DNA of 64,000 nucleotides from an uncultured Candidatus Berkelbacteria bacterium (GTDB lineage: Bacteria; Patescibacteriota; UBA1384; UBA12157): NCBI GenBank assembly GCA_903877885.1, contig CAIRFN010000007.1:111-64110 (forward strand). Reading direction: 5' to 3'. This document shows positions 59,141 to 64,000 of this stretch, piece after piece. The first letter of the stretch is position 1. The number at the start of each line of letters is the position of its first letter. The notes below the pieces were generated by a model. That model ran no database searches. It saw only the letters and a list, made by a program, of their open reading frames with translations, and had not been told where the DNA came from. The translations under genes and the position numbers were made by a program.

Positions 59141-59235
59141 TGTCATTCCAGACAGGTTGGCAACCTAGATCTGGAATCCAGGATAATTAATTCTGGATTC
59201 TTGATGTCGGATTACCATCCGGCTCGAGAATGACA
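59141..59235. repeat. Inverted doublet of TGTCAT repeats (A 59141-59181, B 59193-59235)
   Basis: B unit identical to 21791-21833. Confidence 0.95.
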
Positions 59236-59300
59236 AATTTTTTGATTATTTGATTATTCCTTAGGCTTAATCGACCAACTAGCCTTTTATTAAGGATAAA

Positions 59301-60377
59301 TTAAAAGCCTGTCGAGGCGATAGAATAAATCGGTGACATAATAGCGTAAACCAAGAAACCAACACCGCCACCAATAATCACAATAATCATTGGCTCGATT
59401 AAACCAGCCAAACCTTTAATCATATTATCAGTTTCTTTTTCATAAAAATCGGCCATTTTGTTTAAAACAATTTCCATTTTTCCGGTTTGCTCACCGACCA
59501 TAACCATTTCGGAAATCAAAACTGGAAAATTTTTATCACGTTGCATTGGTACCGACATTGGAATGCCGCGTTCAACTTGGGCACTGATGTTTTTCAAACT
59601 GACAGCATAAACACGATTTTGAATCACGTCCGAAGTAATGGCAATGGTTTCGATAATTGGCAAGCCCGCGCCAATTAACATACTCATGGTGCGGCAGAAC
59701 CTGGCCATATAAATTTGAGTATATAAATCTTTAATCACCGGGAATTTGATCTTTAATCTGTCCCATAAACTACCGCCGTTTTCACCGCGGAAAAAGTAGA
59801 ACAAAATTATACTGACAATAATAAGCGCGATTAATTCAGCCCACCAAAATTTAACTGTAAAATCAGACAAAGCCACAATCATAGCCGTAGCAAATGGTAG
59901 TTGTGTGCCGGTCGAGTCGAACACGGTTTTAAGTTTAGGAATAACAAAAATCATCATAATAACGATAATGCCAATCATGGCAATCAAAATGAAAGCCGGA
60001 TAAAACATAGCGGAACGAACTTTACTGGTAAAATCTTGATTCATTTCCAACTGATCAGCCAACTGATCTAAAACTTTGTCGATTTGACCCGAACTTTCAC
60101 CAGAACGAACAACTGAAATAAAAACCGGATCAAAGACATCTTTAAATCGGCTCAAAGCATTAGAAAGGCTTTGGCCTTGTTCGAGATCAGCGATGACTTG
60201 TTGCGCCACTTTTTGCAAATACGGATTAGCGCTTTGTTGGGCGATCACTTTAAAAGATTGGTCGAGAGCTAAACCCGCGCCAAGCATGGTCGCCAACTGG
60301 CGAGTTAAAAAGACTTTCTCTTTTAGTGAAACGTGATTAAAAAGAGAAATGTTGCCACCAAGATTAAGTTTAGCCAT
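59301..60377 (-). CDS. pilC: Type IV pilus platform protein PilC/GspF
   Basis: TRQLATMLGAG, GESSG, VGEQTG, LIEP. Confidence 0.95.
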   Translation of the reverse strand: MAKLNLGGNISLFNHVSLKEKVFLTRQLATMLGAGLALDQSFKVIAQQSANPYLQKVAQQVIADLEQGQSLSNALSRFKDVFDPVFISVVRSGESSGQIDKVLDQLADQLEMNQDFTSKVRSAMFYPAFILIAMIGIIVIMMIFVIPKLKTVFDSTGTQLPFATAMIVALSDFTVKFWWAELIALIIVSIILFYFFRGENGGSLWDRLKIKFPVIKDLYTQIYMARFCRTMSMLIGAGLPIIETIAITSDVIQNRVYAVSLKNISAQVERGIPMSVPMQRDKNFPVLISEMVMVGEQTGKMEIVLNKMADFYEKETDNMIKGLAGLIEPMIIVIIGGGVGFLVYAIMSPIYSIASTGF

Positions 60378-60504
60378 GAGTTTACCCCTCCAAAATCGAC
60401 GAATGTCGGTTTTATTTCCCTGATACTATTATAACAAATTCTATAAAAAAACCATAGATGATGTTGCGTCATTGCCATGACGAAAACGCTGCGCGTTTAT
60501 CGGC

Positions 60505-61572
60505 CTAGTAAACCATCATCTTAAACGCCTTGGGATCTAAGGCCCAGGTTAAAGCGCTGTCAATGGTAATATCGCCTTTGGAAACCAGTTCGGCCAAAAC
60601 CTTATCCATACTAATCATGCCTTCGGCGGCCGAAGTTTGAATGATGTTAGTAAGTTGATGAGTTTTGCCTTCACGAATCGTGTTGCGAACCGCCGAATTG
60701 GCAATCATAATTTCGCAAGCCGCCACTCGCCCACCTTGAGCTTTTGGAATTAGTCTTTGACTTACTACGCCTAATAAAACATTAGCTAATTGCATTCTAA
60801 CCTGTTGTTGTTGATGCGGCGGAAAAACATCGACGACACGATCAGCCGTTTGTGCCGCCGAGTTGGTGTGCAAAGTGGTAAAAACCAAATGGCCAGTTTC
60901 TGCCATAGTCAAGGCCGCTTCAATTGTTTCCAAATCGCGCATTTCACCGATTAAAACCACGTTTGGATCTTCTCGAAGAGCGGAACGTAAAGCCCGGCCG
61001 AAAGTGTTAGTATCGGAACCGACCTCGCGTTGGGAAATAATCGACTTTTCGTGTTCAAATACATATTCAATCGGATCTTCAATCGTAATAATATGCTCGG
61101 TTCGAGTGTGATTGATCTGGTTGATCATCGCGGCCAAGGTGGTTGATTTACCATGCCCGGTTGGACCGGTAATAATGACCAAACCCTGACTTGGTGTAAT
61201 GAACTTTTCCAAAATCGGCGCTAGGCCAAGTTCAGCAATATTTTGAACCAATTTGGGAATAACTCGCAAGCTGGCGGCAATATAACCTTTTTGAAAATAA
61301 ACATTAGTTCGAAAACGCATGCTCTGATAACCAAAGGAAAAATCAATTTCCTTGCGGATTTTTAGCCGTTCAACTTGATCTTGAGTCATGAAACTCTGAA
61401 CCAATTGCAACGCCACCTCGCCAGTAACTGGTTGAGTTTGGGCGATTGGCATTAAAACACCATCAATTCGAAGCATTGGCGGCATACCAACCGTGATATG
61501 TAAGTCCGAAGCTTTACGCTCAACTGCCATATCCAATAATTTTTTCATTTCCGGAATTAAACCAATTTGCAT
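60505..61572 (-). CDS. pilT: Type IV pilus retraction ATPase
   Basis: ASDLH, GPTGHGKSTT, TIEDPIE, ALREDP, ETGHLVFTTLHT. Confidence 0.96.
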   Translation of the reverse strand: MQIGLIPEMKKLLDMAVERKASDLHITVGMPPMLRIDGVLMPIAQTQPVTGEVALQLVQSFMTQDQVERLKIRKEIDFSFGYQSMRFRTNVYFQKGYIAASLRVIPKLVQNIAELGLAPILEKFITPSQGLVIITGPTGHGKSTTLAAMINQINHTRTEHIITIEDPIEYVFEHEKSIISQREVGSDTNTFGRALRSALREDPNVVLIGEMRDLETIEAALTMAETGHLVFTTLHTNSAAQTADRVVDVFPPHQQQQVRMQLANVLLGVVSQRLIPKAQGGRVAACEIMIANSAVRNTIREGKTHQLTNIIQTSAAEGMISMDKVLAELVSKGDITIDSALTWALDPKAFKMMVY

Positions 61573-61593
61573 AGACCCTCCTAATTAATAATT

Positions 61594-61645
61594 TTATTGC
61601 GATGGAATACTGAGCAACAAGGTTCTGCCGTCAGGCAGGTTCTTA
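61594..61645. repeat. 52-bp dispersed repeat (copy 2)
   Basis: TTATTGCGATGGAATACTGAGCAACAAGGTTCTGCCGTCAGGCAGGTTCTTA. Confidence 0.9.
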
Positions 61646-63937
61646 TTCTATTAATGTGACTCTTAAAACTTCGCTGATAGTAGTTAAACCTTGAAGTGCC
61701 TTTATCAAGCCGTCTTGTTTCATGGTAATCATGCCGTCGGCAATGGCCGCCACTTTTATTTCCGAAGCTGGTCGACGGTTAATAGCTAAATCTTCAATTT
61801 TTTCTGTCATCGACAAAACTTCATAAATACCCAATCGGCCGGAATAACCATTATTGCATTCCGTACACCCGGTGCCTTCAAAAAATTTATATGGTTTGGG
61901 TAAATTAAGATTCGCCAATTCTTTTTCAATATCGGCCACAAGTTGCGGCGGAATATTAGCCTCGTGTCTACAATGCGGACAAACTTTTCGCACCAAACGT
62001 TGACCAATCACTAAATTGATTGAAGAAGTAATTAAGAATGGTTCCACGCCCATATTGGTAAGTCGCGGCAAAGCGCCAGCGGCATCATTGGTGTGAAGCG
62101 TCGATAAAACTAAATGCCCTGTTAAAGCGGCGTGAGTCGTCATACCAGCAGTTTCGGCGTCACGAATTTCTCCAACCATAATAATATTTGGATCTTGTCT
62201 TAAAACCGAACGTAAACCTTCAGCAAAGGAAAAACCGATTTTTGGTTTAACCTGACATTGATTAATGCCAGGCATTTCATATTCAACCGGATCTTCGAGA
62301 GTAATCACATTAACCGATGGACCGGCAACTTTTTTAAGAATTGAATACAGAGTAGTTGATTTACCTGAACCAGTTGGACCAGTTGAAAGAATCACGCCAT
62401 ATGGTTTGGTGATATTTTCTTCCAAAACTTTCAAATTTCGACCCGAAAAGCCTAAATCTTCCAAGGTATAAATATTTTGAGATTTATCTAAAATACGCAA
62501 AGCCGCTTTTTCGCCACGAATCGTTGGCAGGGTTGAAACACGCAAATCGATTTCGTGACCTTGAACTTTAACATCAAACCGACCATCTTGCGGCACGCGC
62601 GTTTCATCGATTTTCATACGAGATAAAATTTTAATTCTCGAAACGAGCGCAGCGTGCAAAGCCAGTGGCGCTTTTAAGATATCGCGCAAAATACCATCAA
62701 CACGGAAACGGAAACGCAAATCAGCGCCTTCAGCCTCGATATGAATATCGGAAGCTTTCATGGCTACGCCAAGCGCAACCACGCCAGCTAAAATTTGCGG
62801 AATATTTCCGGTTTGAACGATATTTTTGAAAGTATCGATATTGGTAACTGGCTGACCCAAAAACGTATCCAAATCATTTTCCGGCGCAATCACCGCTTTG
62901 GCTTCCATTTCTTCTTCATTACGATCCGTCAGTTGAGCCTGCTGTTCTTGTTGGATTTTAGCGGTTTCGTAAGGAATCGGCCGACGAACAAATTTTTTGC
63001 GTTCATTTGGCGTAACTGGTTGAACTGAATTCGACGGATTGGATATTGTAGCCGCCAGCGCAACTGGAGCCGGTGTAACATTTTCGGAAATTGGCGCAGT
63101 CGAAGTGATTGTCGGTACATTTTGCGGTGGTGGCGGTACTGGCATATTTGGGCTTTCTGCCGAATTTTCTTCCGGTTTTCGATAATAAAGCTTAATTGAT
63201 TCGTCAATTTCAGTCGGGCTGGCGACAAATTCTTCAATCACAATATTATTTTTATTGCGGACAAAGTCTAAAATTTCTCGAACTTTTTGATCGGTTGGAT
63301 CAGACAATGCCACTTGAATGGTATTTGGAGCGGTGCTGGCAAAAACCACCATTTTATATTTTTGAGAAATTTCCACCGGAAATTTGGAAATAACATCGTA
63401 AGGAATTTTAATTGTCCGTAAATCTACGGTTCGCAGATGAGAAATTTCCGGATAAGAAACGTCTTTATCCAGAGTTTTAACTTCAGCTGTTGGACCGCTG
63501 GCAAATCGAGCGGCCACCTTTTGAATATCTTCTGGTGTGGTAATATAAAGTTCAACAATCAAACCTTTTTTATCTTTAAGATCAGCTAAAATCGCCGGCG
63601 GATTACCGCTTAACTGGCTCGGCGCGCCAATCGCCACTTTAATTTTTCGTTCGCCCAGACGCTCGAAACTTATGAGTTGATATTTTTGCACATCAGCTAA
63701 AGGAATAAGATTAAACGCCTCGGGCGTGATTTCATAACCTTCCAACCGAATAAACGGCAAGTCAAAAATCACCGCGTAGGCTTTAGCAATATCTTCCGAA
63801 GTTGCTAACTTTTCTTGTCGCAGTTTAGCTTCAATTTGCTCGTTTGTCGCTTGTTTATCAAAATCTCCCACCTGATTTGGTGTGAGCCGATTTTTTTCTA
63901 AAAGCACATCGATAATTGTTTTTCGAACTGTATCCAT
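61643..63937 (-). CDS. pilB: Type IV pilus assembly ATPase PilB/GspE with duplicated N-terminal domain
   Basis: ASDIHIE, PQDGR, GPTGSGKSTT, LRQDP, CPHC...CTEC. Confidence 0.95.
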   Translation of the reverse strand: MDTVRKTIIDVLLEKNRLTPNQVGDFDKQATNEQIEAKLRQEKLATSEDIAKAYAVIFDLPFIRLEGYEITPEAFNLIPLADVQKYQLISFERLGERKIKVAIGAPSQLSGNPPAILADLKDKKGLIVELYITTPEDIQKVAARFASGPTAEVKTLDKDVSYPEISHLRTVDLRTIKIPYDVISKFPVEISQKYKMVVFASTAPNTIQVALSDPTDQKVREILDFVRNKNNIVIEEFVASPTEIDESIKLYYRKPEENSAESPNMPVPPPPQNVPTITSTAPISENVTPAPVALAATISNPSNSVQPVTPNERKKFVRRPIPYETAKIQQEQQAQLTDRNEEEMEAKAVIAPENDLDTFLGQPVTNIDTFKNIVQTGNIPQILAGVVALGVAMKASDIHIEAEGADLRFRFRVDGILRDILKAPLALHAALVSRIKILSRMKIDETRVPQDGRFDVKVQGHEIDLRVSTLPTIRGEKAALRILDKSQNIYTLEDLGFSGRNLKVLEENITKPYGVILSTGPTGSGKSTTLYSILKKVAGPSVNVITLEDPVEYEMPGINQCQVKPKIGFSFAEGLRSVLRQDPNIIMVGEIRDAETAGMTTHAALTGHLVLSTLHTNDAAGALPRLTNMGVEPFLITSSINLVIGQRLVRKVCPHCRHEANIPPQLVADIEKELANLNLPKPYKFFEGTGCTECNNGYSGRLGIYEVLSMTEKIEDLAINRRPASEIKVAAIADGMITMKQDGLIKALQGLTTISEVLRVTLIE

Positions 63938-64000
63938 CCCCTCCCTTTTTAGTTCGTCACCACTTTGTCCTTATATTTAGTATATTATAAATAAAGATTT

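Noticed and set aside
1091-59235. TGTCAT repeats as a CRISPR array
   Set aside because: Copies are dispersed and in both orientations, with no regular repeat-spacer periodicity and no cas operon.

Overview
AT-rich bacterial chromosomal window with a gene repertoire typical of Patescibacteria/CPR: tandem membrane-anchored VirD4/TraG-like ATPases, a PaaX/Cas2-like regulator, a full type IV pilus locus, and shortened or extended ribosomal proteins. The taxonomic call is inference only. Genes run on + up to about 13.4 kb and almost entirely on - afterwards. Housekeeping genes include gmk, manC, secDF, tgt, rplJL, rplA, pth, prfB, cysS, recR, topA, dprA, tsaC, rplK-nusG-secE-rplU, rodA, ileS and rnhA, interleaved with self-contained promoter-ORF-terminator orphan cassettes. 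No rRNA, complete tRNA or CRISPR array was seen. Main non-obvious signals: (1) 19 copies of a ~40-bp TGTCAT-tagged palindromic repeat in two co-varying subtypes, often as inverted A+B doublets, with inverted copies tightly bracketing a stand-alone GIY-YIG nuclease gene, a REP/RAYT-like architecture with a different enzyme; (2) a PilV-like minor pilin that seems to lack its last two beta-strands, followed by three secreted adhesins whose mature N-termini carry such a hairpin motif, suggesting interchangeable tips attached by strand complementation; (3) a PaaX/Cas2-like gene enclosed by identical 25-bp palindromic direct repeats; (4) a consensus-promoter-driven ~210-nt structured RNA with no convincing ORF; (5) L10 and L1 autoregulatory leaders and several probably leaderless genes.
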